64,000 nt of DNA from Camelus dromedarius. Lineage: Eukaryota. The notes below the pieces were generated by a model, which was given only the letters and a program-made list of their open reading frames with translations, had not been told where the DNA came from and did no database searches. The position numbers and the translations under genes were made by a program. The DNA is taken from contig NC_087437.1 in assembly GCF_036321535.1 (NCBI RefSeq), positions 112,656,001 to 112,720,000 of the forward strand. Direction: 5' to 3'. This document shows positions 13,906-25,600 of the stretch, piece by piece. How positions within the stretch are numbered: the first letter of the stretch is position 1; each line of letters opens with the position of its first letter.

Positions 13906-14168
13906 TCACGTTTGAGGATAAGAAGCGTGAGAACTTCGAGCGCGGCAATCTGGAACTGGAGAAGCGGAGACAAGCGCTCTTGGAGCAGCAGCGCAAAGAG
14001 CAGGAGCGCCTGGCCCAGCTGGAGCGGGCGGAGCAGGAGCGGAAGGAGCGGGAGCGCCAGGAGCAAGAGCGCAAAAGACAACTGGAGCTGGAGAAGCAAC
14101 TGGAAAAGCAGCGGGAACTAGAACGGCAGAGGGAGGAGGAGCGGAGGAAAGAAATCGAGAGACGAGAG
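13906..14168 (+). CDS. ITSN1: ITSN1 exon 12 (start of KERQ coiled coil: [23 protein letters not shown]...EIERRE)
   Basis: taaag acceptor, GAG|gtgagc donor; 263 nt, phase 1 to 0. Confidence 0.97.
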
Positions 14169-14244
14169 GTGAGCAGCTGTGACGCAGCCCCGTAATTAGC
14201 ATGTGCGCTTTTTCAGAATTGTCCAAGTAATAAATTAATACAGC

Positions 14245-14690
14245 CTTTTTTTTCATTTTACAACTCAGTAGTTTTAGTTAGTCACGAAGTTATGTAACCA
14301 TTCCCAGTAATTTATCACCCCTGGTAGGAACTCCGTACATACCCACTAAGCAGTTACTCCCATTCCCCCTCCTCCCTGACCTTAACAACCGCGAATCTAC
14401 TTCCTATCTCTATTGCTTTGCCTATTTTGGACATTTTGTATAAATGGAATCATAGAATATGTGGCCTTTTGTGTCTGGCTTTCACTGAGCATAACATTTT
14501 CAAGGTTCATCTAAGCTATAGCGTGAATCAATACTTTATTACTTTTTATGGCTGAATAATATTCCATTCCATGGATAGACCACATTTTAGTTATCCATTC
14601 ATTAGGTGATGGACATTTGGGGGTTGTTTCTACTTTTTGGCTATTATGAATAATACTGCTACGAGCATTCATGTACTAGTTTTTGATAAT
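14245..14690 (-). mobile_element. L1M (L1MB-like) 3' fragment
   Basis: ataaatggaatcatagaatatgtggccttttgtgtctggct ... ggctgaataatattccatt ... gatggacatttggg. Confidence 0.8.
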
Positions 14691-15970
14691 GCAGCCTTGT
14701 CACAAACTACTGGTATCAGTTAAGAATTTTTTCCCAACCTTTTTTCTGCATTGATATACATATGTAGAAATAAAAAGATTGATATGGTAGAAAGGTTGGG
14801 GTTTAGTGTAATTTTTTTTAACCACTATAATGGTATCATACTAATTATATTGTTCTGCACCCCCACCTTTAAAATAGTTGTCTAGGCATCATCACTGTAT
14901 TTTACGGAAAGCTTCCTAAATTTGGTACCATACCTGGATAGGGGCAAAGCCAATCTCTTGTCTGTCTTTCCAATTTTAGTATATTGTTACAGAGGCAATG
15001 CCATGATTCTCTCTTGTGTGAGTGAAATGTATTTTAAAGATGGGGAATTTTTCTTTATTAAAAAATACTTTATCCCCTGATGGTTGCTTTAGAAAACTTG
15101 TAACCATAAGCTGCCTTTTATTTAGGCAGACACGCACAGATACTAACAGGATTTTCATTTCTAGAATGACAGCCAAAAGACAGTCTTCCCTTCTTCAGTG
15201 TTTGAAAAAAAAAAAGACATTTTAGAGCGTTTATTCAGAATTATTTAATTGGCATTTACTATGTGCCAGGCATTGATAGTCCCTGGAGATGTCGTGGTGG
15301 ATAAGTACTCCACCTGTCTTCCAGGCCCTTACTGTGCAGTTGGAGCACAGGGATGTAAGAAGCAATTGAACAACTGCAATACAATAAAGAGTACCAGGTT
15401 CTCTGACAGATACCCTGCCTAGCAGTCATCTCAGTCAGAGTTGAAGAGAGCTGACGTTGCCAGAGAAATTACAGATCCTTCTGTGGTGAAAAGGAAATGA
15501 ATGAGGAGGGAGATGGGGGTCACAATTTAAAACTTGAGCTAAATAATAACTTGCCATGTGCCAAAAGAAATAATAATTACTCATTTGGTGGGAGAATGCT
15601 TTTTTGGTTTTATTTTTTGTTCTGGAGGTTTTGGTTTGATTTTACTAGATTAAAGAAATGTTCCTTGTTTTTTATGAGTCAGTGAATAAGGGAGAGCAGG
15701 TTTATTTACATCAAGCATCCTTAAAGGCATAAAAAATTGAATGTCAATACTGAGACAATCCTGCCTGTTCTCAACTATATTAGCCTAAGTATTCTCTTTT
15801 TTCCCGCATTTGTCCAAAAATTTTTTTTGCTATTTTATAATAAAAATTTCTTTTAATATTTAATAATATTTAACCCCTAAAAGAAAAGACTTACTAGATG
15901 TAAAGTTTATTAAGCGATATTGTATAGTGTAAGAAATAAAAAATTAATAAATCGTCTATGTCTGTCACAG

Positions 15971-16120
15971 GCTGCAAAACGGGAGCTTGAAAGGCAACGA
16001 CAACTTGAATGGGAACGGAACCGGAGACAAGAACTATTAAATCAAAGAAACAAAGAACAAGAGGACATAGTTGTGCTAAAAGCAAAGAAGAAGACTTTGG
16101 AATTTGAATTAGAAGCTCTA
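15971..16120 (+). CDS. ITSN1: ITSN1 exon 13 (coiled coil [11 protein letters not shown]...LEFELEAL)
   Basis: cacag acceptor, CTA|gtgagt donor; 150 nt, phase 0 to 0. Confidence 0.97.
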
Positions 16121-16206
16121 GTGAGTGGTTTGATTATGCTTTGAGAATCTGCTTACACTGAGCCATGAAAATACTAATCATTCTTATTATTTTTCGTCTG
16201 TTAAAG

Positions 16207-16347
16207 AATGATAAAAAGCATCAACTAGAAGGAAAACTTCAGGATATCAGATGTCGATTGACGACCCAGAGGCAAGAGATTGAGAGCACGAACAAATCTA
16301 GAGAGTTGAGAATTGCTGAAATCACCCATCTACAGCAACAATTACAG
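16207..16347 (+). CDS. ITSN1: ITSN1 exon 14 ([16 protein letters not shown]...HLQQQLQ)
   Basis: taaag acceptor, CAG|gtgagt donor; 141 nt, phase 0 to 0; follows an 86-nt intron. Confidence 0.97.
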
Positions 16348-16399
16348 GTGAGTAAACATGTCCCTTAGTAGCTTTTTGGCTTCCATGCCTTTCTCTGAT

Positions 16400-16990
16400 T
16401 CATTTCATTCATTTATTCACTCAGCAAACATCAAGCATCTGCTAGGCGCTGGGAAGGGAAGACGAAATAGACACGGTCCTTGCCTGAAAATAGGTTGTCT
16501 AGTAACTCAGCACACTTGCTGACACTGCTGCGTGGTGGCACGGTGCAAGCTCTGGTAAAAACTGAGGATCCAGCAGTGGATAGCAGAGACAAAGAGCCTG
16601 CCCTCATGGAGCTTACCCTCTGTTTCAGGGGAGACAGGCACTAATGAAATAAGACAAGTATGTAATCTATTAGAAAATGAAAAGTGCTGTGGAGAGTGAG
16701 TAGGGAGGAGTTAGAGAATTCTCAGCAGTAAGGAGGGCTGTGATTTTAAATGAGGTGGTCAAGAAATGCCTCTCTCTGAGGGTGCTGTTTGAGCAAAGAC
16801 TTAAAAGAGATGAGTGGCTGAGCCAAGTGGCTATCTGGCAGAGCAAGTTCTAGGTAGGGGAACAGCAGTGCAGAAGACCTGAGGCTGTAGCCCATCTCTT
16901 TGATGTCAGTTTCAGCAAGGAGACTGCTGTGGGTGTAGCAGGTAGGCTGGATCATATAGGACCTGTAGTCCACTTACAGGACTTTGCCTT
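16400..16990 (-). mobile_element. L2 3'-end fragments
   Basis: cattcatttattcactcagcaaaca ... cctgccctcatggagctta ... gagcaaagacttaaaagagatgag. Confidence 0.7.
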
Positions 16991-18311
16991 TATCGTGTTA
17001 AGCACAATAAATAAGTGCAGTTAAGTATATTAGGGGGAGTTCTGGAGATTTATGTATAGAGAATAGTTGGTAGCTTGTTGATAATCAATTGACCACGTTT
17101 GTAAAAATCTTTTCTAGACTCTGTTCTATTCCACTGATCTGTGTCTGTCCTTTCACCAGTATTTCACTCAGTTGATAATTTTAGTTTCATAATAATTTTT
17201 GAAATCAAGTAGTATGAGTTCCTCAATATTTTTCTTTTTCAAATTATTTTGCCTATTTAGGCCCTTTACATTTCCACATAAGCCTTAAAATCAGCATGTC
17301 AGTTTTTACAAAAGTACTTAGGATTTTTATTGGAATTCCACTGAATTTATAGATCAGTATGGGAAGAGTTGACATCTTAATAATATTGAGTCCTATGATA
17401 TCTCTCAATTTTATTTGGGTTGTTACAAATTTCTTCCAGCAGTGTTTTGTAGTTTTCAGTGTACAAGTTTTGTACATATTTTGTAAAGTTCAGCCCTAAC
17501 TATATAGAGGTTTTGATGCTATTGTGTGTAATGTATTTTAATTTTAATTTACTACCGTTTGATGCCAGTATTTAGAAATAATTCATTTTTATAGTGACCT
17601 TATATCTGTGATACTGTTTAGCTCATTTATTAGTCCTAATAGCTTTATCGTAGTTTCCTTAGAATTTCTAAATGCATAAACATTGTGAATAAAGATAACT
17701 TTATATCTTACTTTCCAATGTATATGCCTTTTATTTCTCTTTGTCTTAACTGCATTGATTACAACCTCTAGTACTATGTTAAATAGAAGTGGGGAGAGTC
17801 TTGTCCTTGATGTTAGAGGGAAAGCATTCAGTCTCTCACCATTAAGTATGCTGTTAACTGTAGGTTTTTGTTGTTGTTGTTGTTGTTGTTGTTTGTTTGT
17901 TTGTTTTTTGTAGATGCCCTTTATCAGGCTGAGGGACTTTCCTTTTGTTCCTTGTTTGCTGAGAGTTTTTATCATGAATGGATGTTGAATTGCATCATAT
18001 TTTTTTCCTGTATCTTTTGAGCTGTTCATGTGTTTTTATCCTTTATTTTGTTAATATGGTGATTTAAATTTGGTTGAAATTTGAATGTTAAACCGACTTT
18101 CCATTCTTGGGGTGAACTGAACTTGATATTAGTGTTTAAAAAATGTTTTACTGGATTCAACTTGCTATTACTAGAGATCTTTTAATTTAAATTCATGAGG
18201 GATATGGTTTATCCTTTTCTCATAACGTCCTTGTCTAGCTTTGGTATCAGGGTAATAAATAAGAAAATAAGTTGTAGGATATTCTTTATTTTCTGAAAAT
18301 ACATGAAATGG

Positions 18312-18481
18312 TAGTCTTCACTTAATACCCGTGGGGAACTTGTTGCAAGTTGCCTGATGATACCAAAATTATGGATGCTCAAGTCCTTTATATAAAATGG
18401 ATAGTACAGTAGTCCTTTCATGTCTGCATATTTGGATTGAAATTTGACCCTAGGCTGGTTGAATCCAGATATTGTGGACTG
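18312..18481 (+). mobile_element. MER8/MER2-like TcMar-Tigger MITE (left copy)
   Basis: tagtcttcacttaatacccgtgggga ... gataccaaaattatggatgctcaagtcctttatataaaatgg ... ggttgaatcc ... gactg|TA. Confidence 0.7.
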
Positions 18482-18489
18482 TAGTGGTA

Positions 18490-18760
18490 GCTACCATTTA
18501 TTGAAAGCCTGGCGTGTGCCAGGTCTGCTCAGTGCTAAGAGTGTAATGTGAATATTTAATAGAGTCCCACAATAATCTGGTAAGAGCACTATCATCATTC
18601 TCACGTTATAGGTGAGAAATTGAAGATTCTAGAAGGGAACATTCTAGAATCAGTTTCTAGCATTCGATTTCTAGCTGGAAAGCAGGAGTCCAAATCGGAA
18701 GCCAGGTCTATGTGACTTTAAGACTTTACTTCTAACCTTGATAGCACACACTGCCTCCCT
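18490..18760 (-). mobile_element. MIR relic between the two MITEs
   Basis: gctaccatttattgaaagcc ... tgtgccagg ... ataggtgagaaattgaag ... ccaggtctatgtgactt. Confidence 0.7.
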
Positions 18761-18852
18761 AGATAACCCCATCAGCTTCTCTCTTAAAATCCTGTGTATT
18801 TCTATAACTTTCTCTCACCTCCTAAAATAGTTACCAGATTCCAGTCTCAGTA

Positions 18853-19001
18853 CAGTTAGTCCACATGTGTGGATTCAACCAACCCTAGGATTCAGGGGCC
18901 GATTGTACTATGCCATTTTATATGAAGGCCTTTAGTATCCTTGGATTTTACTATTGAGGGGATCCTGGATCCAATCCCCCATGGATACTGAGGGATGCCT
19001 G
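18853..19001 (-). mobile_element. MER8/MER2-like TcMar-Tigger MITE (right copy, inverted relative to the left)
   Basis: TA|cagttagtcc ... ggattcaaccaac ... tactatgccattttatat ... ccaatcccccatggatactgagggatgcctg. Confidence 0.7.
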
Positions 19002-20905
19002 AGTTTCTTCCTTAAATTTCTGGTGGCATTCAGTGGTGAAGCCTTCTGGGCCCAGAGCTTTCTTTGTGGAAGGACTTTTATTGCAGAATTTATTCAGTAG
19101 AAACAAGGCTATACCAGTTTTCTGTTTTTTTTCTTTAGTCTGTTTTAATAATGGTATCTTTCAATTAATTTTTGCATTTCATCTAAATTAACAAATGTAT
19201 TTATATACAATTATTTACAATATTCTCCCTATTGTTCTTTGCCAGTCTGTAGTATCTGCTGTGGTGTTAGTTCTTTCATTCCTGATACTGGGAATTTGTA
19301 TCTTTTCTCTCCCAGTCCAACGCCTCCTCTCCTTCCTCCTTCCCTTCCTCCTCTACCTTCCCCTCCTCCTCCTTTTCTCCATCTAACTAGGAGCTTATTG
19401 GTTTTATTAATTTTTTTCTTTTCCCCTATAGTATGCCTGTTTTCAATTTTGTTTACTTAGGCTTCTTATTATTTCCTTCCATCTATTTGTTTTGGACTTA
19501 ATTTGCTTTTTTCTAGCCTCATTAGGAGGAAGCTTAGATTATTGAATTTAGACCTTTCATTTTTGATAATGTATAAACACTTTAAGCTATAAATTTCCTT
19601 CTAAGCATTGTCATAGTCATATTACACATTTTAATGTTATATTTTTATATTCATTCAATTCAAAACCTTTTTTTGACTACCTTTATCATTTCTTTGATGG
19701 GTTATTTAGAATTATGCTGTTTAGTTTCCGAATACTTGGATTTTTTTTTTGTTTTACAGCTGTCTTACTGATTTTTTATTTATTTATGGTATGATCTGTG
19801 AACATATTCTGTATGATTTTAATTCTTTTTAATCCTTTTAAGTTTATTGAGACTTATGTTACGGCTCAGCATGTGACTGTCTTGGTGACTATTCCATGTG
19901 CGCTTGAGAAGAATGTGTACTTTGTTGAAGTTGGGTTGGGGGTGGGTTTCCATAAACGTCAGACGATCAAGTTGATTCATGGTTTTGTTCATGTCTTCAG
20001 TGTCCTTACTGATTACCACTGAAGGCCTCATCAATTTGAGATACTAGGATATGACATACAATGTAAATAGTGTCAGAAGTTTACTGCTAGAAATTGTTTG
20101 ACAATATTTTAAAATGCATGCACCTTTTTAAAGTATATTCTTTTATATGGTAACTCTTTATGTGTTTTTCATTAACTGTTTATGAGAAGTTTCATGAAAT
20201 ATTCCCCTGTAAAATTTAAGAGTGAAGATCATGTGCTTATTTATTATCTCACTGAATGACGTGTGCCCAAACATGTAAGATTGATGCTTAGTGTGTTCAG
20301 TTATTGGTAACAAAATAGAAATCAAGATTCCTAAAAAAGTAATGAAGTTAAAAATAATTCATACTTTGAAGAAAGCCAGGTACATAGTAGGCAATGAGAT
20401 ATTGATTTCCTTTCCTTACAAGAGTTAGCAGATTCCTGCTATGCAAATAAGTCAGGTAGCCCTTCATGTTGGTTTGACCTATTTTAGAAGCTTCGGTTGT
20501 ACATTTAAAAGTAATGTTTATATAAGTAAACCAATCTCAAAGATCTGAGCCAGGCTTCATCCTGATACTTCATTGTTTGTCCTGGTTCAGGAAAGAAACT
20601 TTGGGACTGGGTAAGAGGCCTTGCCTGAATTTAGCGAGGAGAGTAAGAGGAGAAACTCGGTTGGCTGTGCTCTTTTGGGAAAATGATCTAATTTGTGCAT
20701 TCTGTTTTCTCCAAATTGGGGCCAAGAGGTGTGCACATGTGTTTGTGTGGATTATGCATATGAGAAGATGCTTCGAATCCTCTGCATTGAGCTATGTATC
20801 TCTCTACCGTTCAGACATGTAGTACACAAAGGTTTATTGTACACAAACCAGTCTGTATCTAAAGGTGGTTGTTCCAGAAAGGACTGGTTCTTAGTCTCTG
20901 GTGAA

Positions 20906-21062
20906 AATAATAATAATAATAATAAAATATAATTAATAATAATAATAATTATTATTACTACTACTACTACTACTACTACTTTATTAATGGAGGCATTGGG
21001 AATTGAACCCAGGAGCTCTTGCATTCCAAGCATGGGCTCTATCGCTGAGCTATACCCCCCAC
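20906..21062 (-). mobile_element. Vic-1-like SINE with tail expanded into an (AAT)n/(TAT)n/(TAC)n microsatellite
   Basis: Trinucleotide run 20906-20980, then ggaggcattgggaattgaaccc ... gctgagctatacccc. Confidence 0.85.
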
Positions 21063-22314
21063 CCCTTGAAGTCCTCATTATTTTTTTTCTGATGAAAATT
21101 TTTAATTAGGACATTTTTATTTTTTCAAACCAAAAGTTAATATAGAGAGATTTTTTTTTCTTAAATCAGGGTAAAAATAAAAGTTAAATATTCCTTAATA
21201 AAGGCTGGAAAAGCTGCCATTTTCCCCCCCCACTTTAGGAGTTTATGCTAGCACCTTCCATGTACCTTAGCAAGCCATGGGTGCATGCACGCACACACAT
21301 GTACACACACATACACATGCACACAGTGAGTATAAAAACATGAACGCATAAACACTTTCACACACAACCAGAACCATGTGTGTGCAGACTTCCAAACACA
21401 TATATGCATAAGACTTAATGGGATTCCATATGGACTGCATCTCACATCCTCAGCCTTGCCCTCATCTACCTACCTCCCTCTGTTCCCCCCAAAGCTGATG
21501 TTTTTGTGGAAAAATTTCTGGGTGTCTTCTTGTTCCTTTATGTTCCATCCTGAGGACCCTTCCAGGGACCCTGTCCCATGGAAGAGCTGTCCTTTTACTA
21601 AAATGTATAGAAACTGTATTGAATAATTTCAGCAAACACAGTTGCTTGTCGAGTCAGCCATGAAAACTTCAAACAGCTTCATACAATGTGTTTTAGCTTT
21701 TATCTATGTCAGTAAAAAAATAGTTGGTTCGAGATTTCTGTGTACCTGTTTAAAACTGTAGCTCTATCCTGAATGGTGGACAAACGTGTGGCAGCTAAGA
21801 TTCTAACTGTTAATCTCTTTTTGATGTCTGTTTCCAGTTTCAGGTGTGTGGGAATCCTCATTTCAACACCATTAAGGATCAAAGTTCAAGACAGAATAGT
21901 TCCTGTTAAAACTACTGAGTCAGTTTACAGACAGCAGGGTCACTGCAATGGCATTTGATCCCAGCACAGTTGCGAGGTCATTCCTTTGAGTTTTCTCTGC
22001 TGAGTTGTACTTTAGGTACATTTTTTAAAGCTTATAAGTAAGCAGTAAGTCAACAAAAATGTAAGAAATATCAAGGGAGCTATAACTGTCTTAACTTTAT
22101 TTCAGTGAAAAGCATTTGGCCAACAGTTAATTCCTCAGCAAGAAAACAAGAACCCTGACTAGCGATTAAATGCAGTTTCACTATAGAGGATTTGGGATGA
22201 GATTAGGAGAGTCTTTGAGGGACGAGAAAACTGACCTGTGCCTGCCTGCACTTGGAGGGTCTAAACACGGTAGTTTTCTGCATCATTCATTGCTGTTTTC
22301 TCTTTCTCTCCTAG

Positions 22315-22402
22315 GAGTCTCAACAAATGCTTGGAAGACTTATCCCAGAAAAACAGATACTCAATGACCAATTAAAACAAGTTCAGCAGAACAGTTTGCA
22401 CA
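22315..22402 (+). CDS. ITSN1: ITSN1 exon 15 ([29 protein letters not shown])
   Basis: Pyrimidine tract plus cctag acceptor, A|gtaggt donor; 88 nt, phase 0 to 1. Confidence 0.96.
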
Positions 22403-22539
22403 GTAGGTGTTTAATTTTTAAGGTTGACATTTTCCTTTTTTTCCTGGCAAGAATTTCCTTAGTTGAAATGAGAGCATGAAAAGCCACTTTTCCTCACTGC
22501 TCATTTGTTTTTTCTTCTTGCAATGTTTTTCTGAAATAG

Positions 22540-22679
22540 GGGATTCACTTCTCACACTGAAAAGAGCCTTAGAAGCAAAAGAACTAGCTCGGCAGCAGCT
22601 CCGAGACCAACTGGATGAAGTGGAGAAAGAAACTAGGTCAAAACTACAGGAGATTGATATTTTCAACAATCAGCTGAAG
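22540..22679 (+). CDS. ITSN1: ITSN1 exon 16 ([14 protein letters not shown]...DIFNNQLK)
   Basis: aatag acceptor, AAG|gtaact donor; 140 nt, phase 1 to 0. Confidence 0.96.
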
Positions 22680-25600
22680 GTAACTATTCTGTGTGCAGCC
22701 TACATGTACCTGCTACTCCTTCACTTTTCTAACTGGCTAGGTGATTAGTTGATACTTGTTCCCAGGCAGAAAAATATATTGTGCTGGTTTGTCAGCCTTT
22801 ATGAAAGCCTTCACACTTATGGATGAATACTGAACAGTCTAAGTTGAATTTTTTCTCCTTTAAAATATGAAAATGGATTTGGCATCTCTAAATTAGGGCT
22901 GAGTGAGAGGCCCTGTCTCCTGGCATCTGTCTTTTACCTGAGTTACGTTTTTACACATCCCCATCCTTTTTGGCTGTTGGGAACTACATCAAGTTGAATT
23001 CTAAAAGCTAGGCTCCGAAAGCTTGATCTTTGAAGACAACTCAGAACGAACTGTTGTCTCTTTTAAAACTAAAAATTTTTCTGCCTCTTCTTACCTTCAA
23101 GATTGTCCTTGAATACAGATCTGTATTTTGTTACCTCACATTTTAAAATTTTGTTGCCTAGTGGAGTAATTGCTTCTGTCTCCGTGGCAGAAGTGGTGTA
23201 TGGTTTTGCCATATTTACACAGTAAAACCCAGGGAAATGCCAAAGCTCTTAGGGAATGTAGCAGGGGTTAGATCACAGCCTTTTTCTGATTTGATACTTT
23301 TCATTTAACTTTACGACTTTATCATCTTAAGAATGATTATTATCTTGTAATAAAACTGGAAGGCGCACAGTTCATTTCCTAGCAACAATGATCACATACT
23401 TTAGATTAAAGTAGTTATTAGAGTTTTTAATCAATTATGTTCTGATAACAAATTGGATTTTACACTTTTTTTCCTCAAATATTTTCTTCTTCCAACGTAC
23501 AATCCTTTATACAGTTTAGCTTTTGGCACTAGGAAAAAGTTAAAATCCTGTTCTTCATTAGTAGAAATAGAAAAACAAATCAGAAAACATATTTGAGATT
23601 TTTAGTTGACTTTTGAGTTGAGATTCTAGGCCAAATTGTCTAGACATCTGAGCTAGTATTTGTTTTTTTGTTTTTTTTTCAAGGTAGTAAGTAATGAACT
23701 TTCCTCAGTTGTACAATTTCAGGAAAGTGATCTTAGGGGAAATATTATTTGAGCCAACTTAGTGTTTCGGAGATTTTTTGTCTTCATGCTTATACAGGAT
23801 GGGTGTTTGTGTGTGCACTATATATGTATGTTCTATATTTGTACACATGTGATGATGTGTCATAAGTCAATATTGAAAGTACCGCTGTCAGTTCTCCTTT
23901 TCTAGAATAAACACGATAGAAATCCCTGCATTAACTCTGTGACTTGTCACTATTTCAAGCAAAAAAAGTATGGCACTGTTGCAAGCTTGTAGTCCTTTTT
24001 AACAGTCTCTGGGAATATAGACTGTTAGGTATTCAGGTTATCTTCTGAACCCAGGTAGTAATTCAGATTTCTGCCTTAATCTTAAGATTCCTTTCTCTAA
24101 AAATTTGACCCAAAACAAGATTTACATACGAGAAAATGATACTCCAGTGGGTGATTTTTGATAATGCCCAGATGATTTACAGATTATTTTGGCTGTTGCA
24201 TTACTATCGTCATTGCTAAAGAGAACATCCTTAAAATATGCTGTGAGTCACTCTTACTGTGTTTAATTGACTTATGCTACCTTCAGTATTACAGTCTCTG
24301 ATACAAAGGCTAATTTTTTTAGCCCTTTGTCTCACTAGTCCTTTTTCCAAATATACTTATTTTTAAATAAGAACATTTCTTTCTGCTGTAATTTTTATTT
24401 TAGTTTTTCATTATTTTAAATTTAAGTCAGTATGGCTATATTATTTTGTTATTTAAAACTCATTTGGAGGACCTAGTGACTATGTTATGTTACCTTACAC
24501 TTATTATTTCTAGTATTCCTCTCAAATCTGTTAAGACCAAAACAGAAACAGACTGAAGAATCAAAAGATTTATAATTTGAGACAACTCAGAGGCAGATTT
24601 AAGATTTGACCTTTTGGGTATCTCCTGCTTTCTTTTCTTCATTGTAGTCACATTGGAGAATATGAAGCCTTTCTATTCCTGACTTTAGAGCGTGTATTCA
24701 TTTGCAATTACAGTATCTTGTAAGATGAAATAGACCAGGAGAGCCAGCATTCTGACCCTTTGGGGTTTCTCCCATGCTAGTCTTGATTCAGCAGTGTCTT
24801 TACAGCACCCTCACTAACGATGCAAAAATTACTCCTCCCTTACTGAGAGTGAAACAATGGCAGCTGTCCAGTCATCCCACACATTGAATCTGATGATGTG
24901 AATTTGCTAAACTTCCCTCTCCCAAAGGGAAACCAGCCCGCAGGGTATAGAAAAGAAAATAGATCGTTCATCTAGGGAAAGAAAGTTTAATTCCCTCATT
25001 ATCAGCTAGTATGGTGACAATGGAGAAATACCTTATGGAGTGCAAAGGTTTAAAATCAGTTGGTCGAAACATTAAACCTATATTCAATGGCTGGCACCAT
25101 AAATGAGGACTACATTCAGCAAAATCCAACTCTCACAGTTTCTTTGGTACAAAACTACTTACAATAAGCCATTCACTTCTTTTGATGCACACTAAAGGTC
25201 GTGTCCAGTTTGTCAAGTATAAGGTCATATAGGGAACAGTAACACCCTGCTTTAGCCCAGATTCTCAAGTATGAGACTGTGATTGGGAACTACACTTGGA
25301 TTTAGTTTCTTGAATGAGAAATAGTTTTTCCTTTGTTTCTTTGCTTTTTTTTTTTCAATATGCAATCTGGTTTAGTCTATCTACCAGATGTCTAGTTCAG
25401 ATTCATTCTCTTGAGAATCTCTCCTTTTTCCTTCAGTTAAGCAATAATTACACTTATGCCTCCTCACCCATAATAACTAGTAATGGAAATGCTCAAGTCA
25501 TTAACTGAAGAGGGAAAAAAATTACTTTTGCAGTTGGGTATTTGTTTCATATTGGTAGCAACATACTGAGAATATAAAACATATTTATAGTGTTCTGATC

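Larger units (their letters stand above)
17080..20020 (-). mobile_element. Old L1M ORF2 remnant (endonuclease to RT), interrupted at 18312-19001
   Basis: Minus-strand peptides HPFMIKTLSK...LNGERLNAFPL...LSPLLFNIVLEV (RT), IIKMSTLPILIYKFSGIPIKI and ISKDTEDMNKTMNQLD (EN region). Confidence 0.9.

Noticed and set aside
13850..14256. Several overlapping minus-strand and alternate-frame ORFs over exon 12 (similarly over exons 16-18, 21 and 22)
   Set aside because: By-products of repetitive GAG/CAG/CGG codons that lack stops in other frames; no independent gene signals
17589..18029. 146-aa minus-strand ORF with a polyQ run
   Set aside because: Decayed L1 ORF2 RT fragment; the polyQ is a (TTG)n microsatellite, not a host gene
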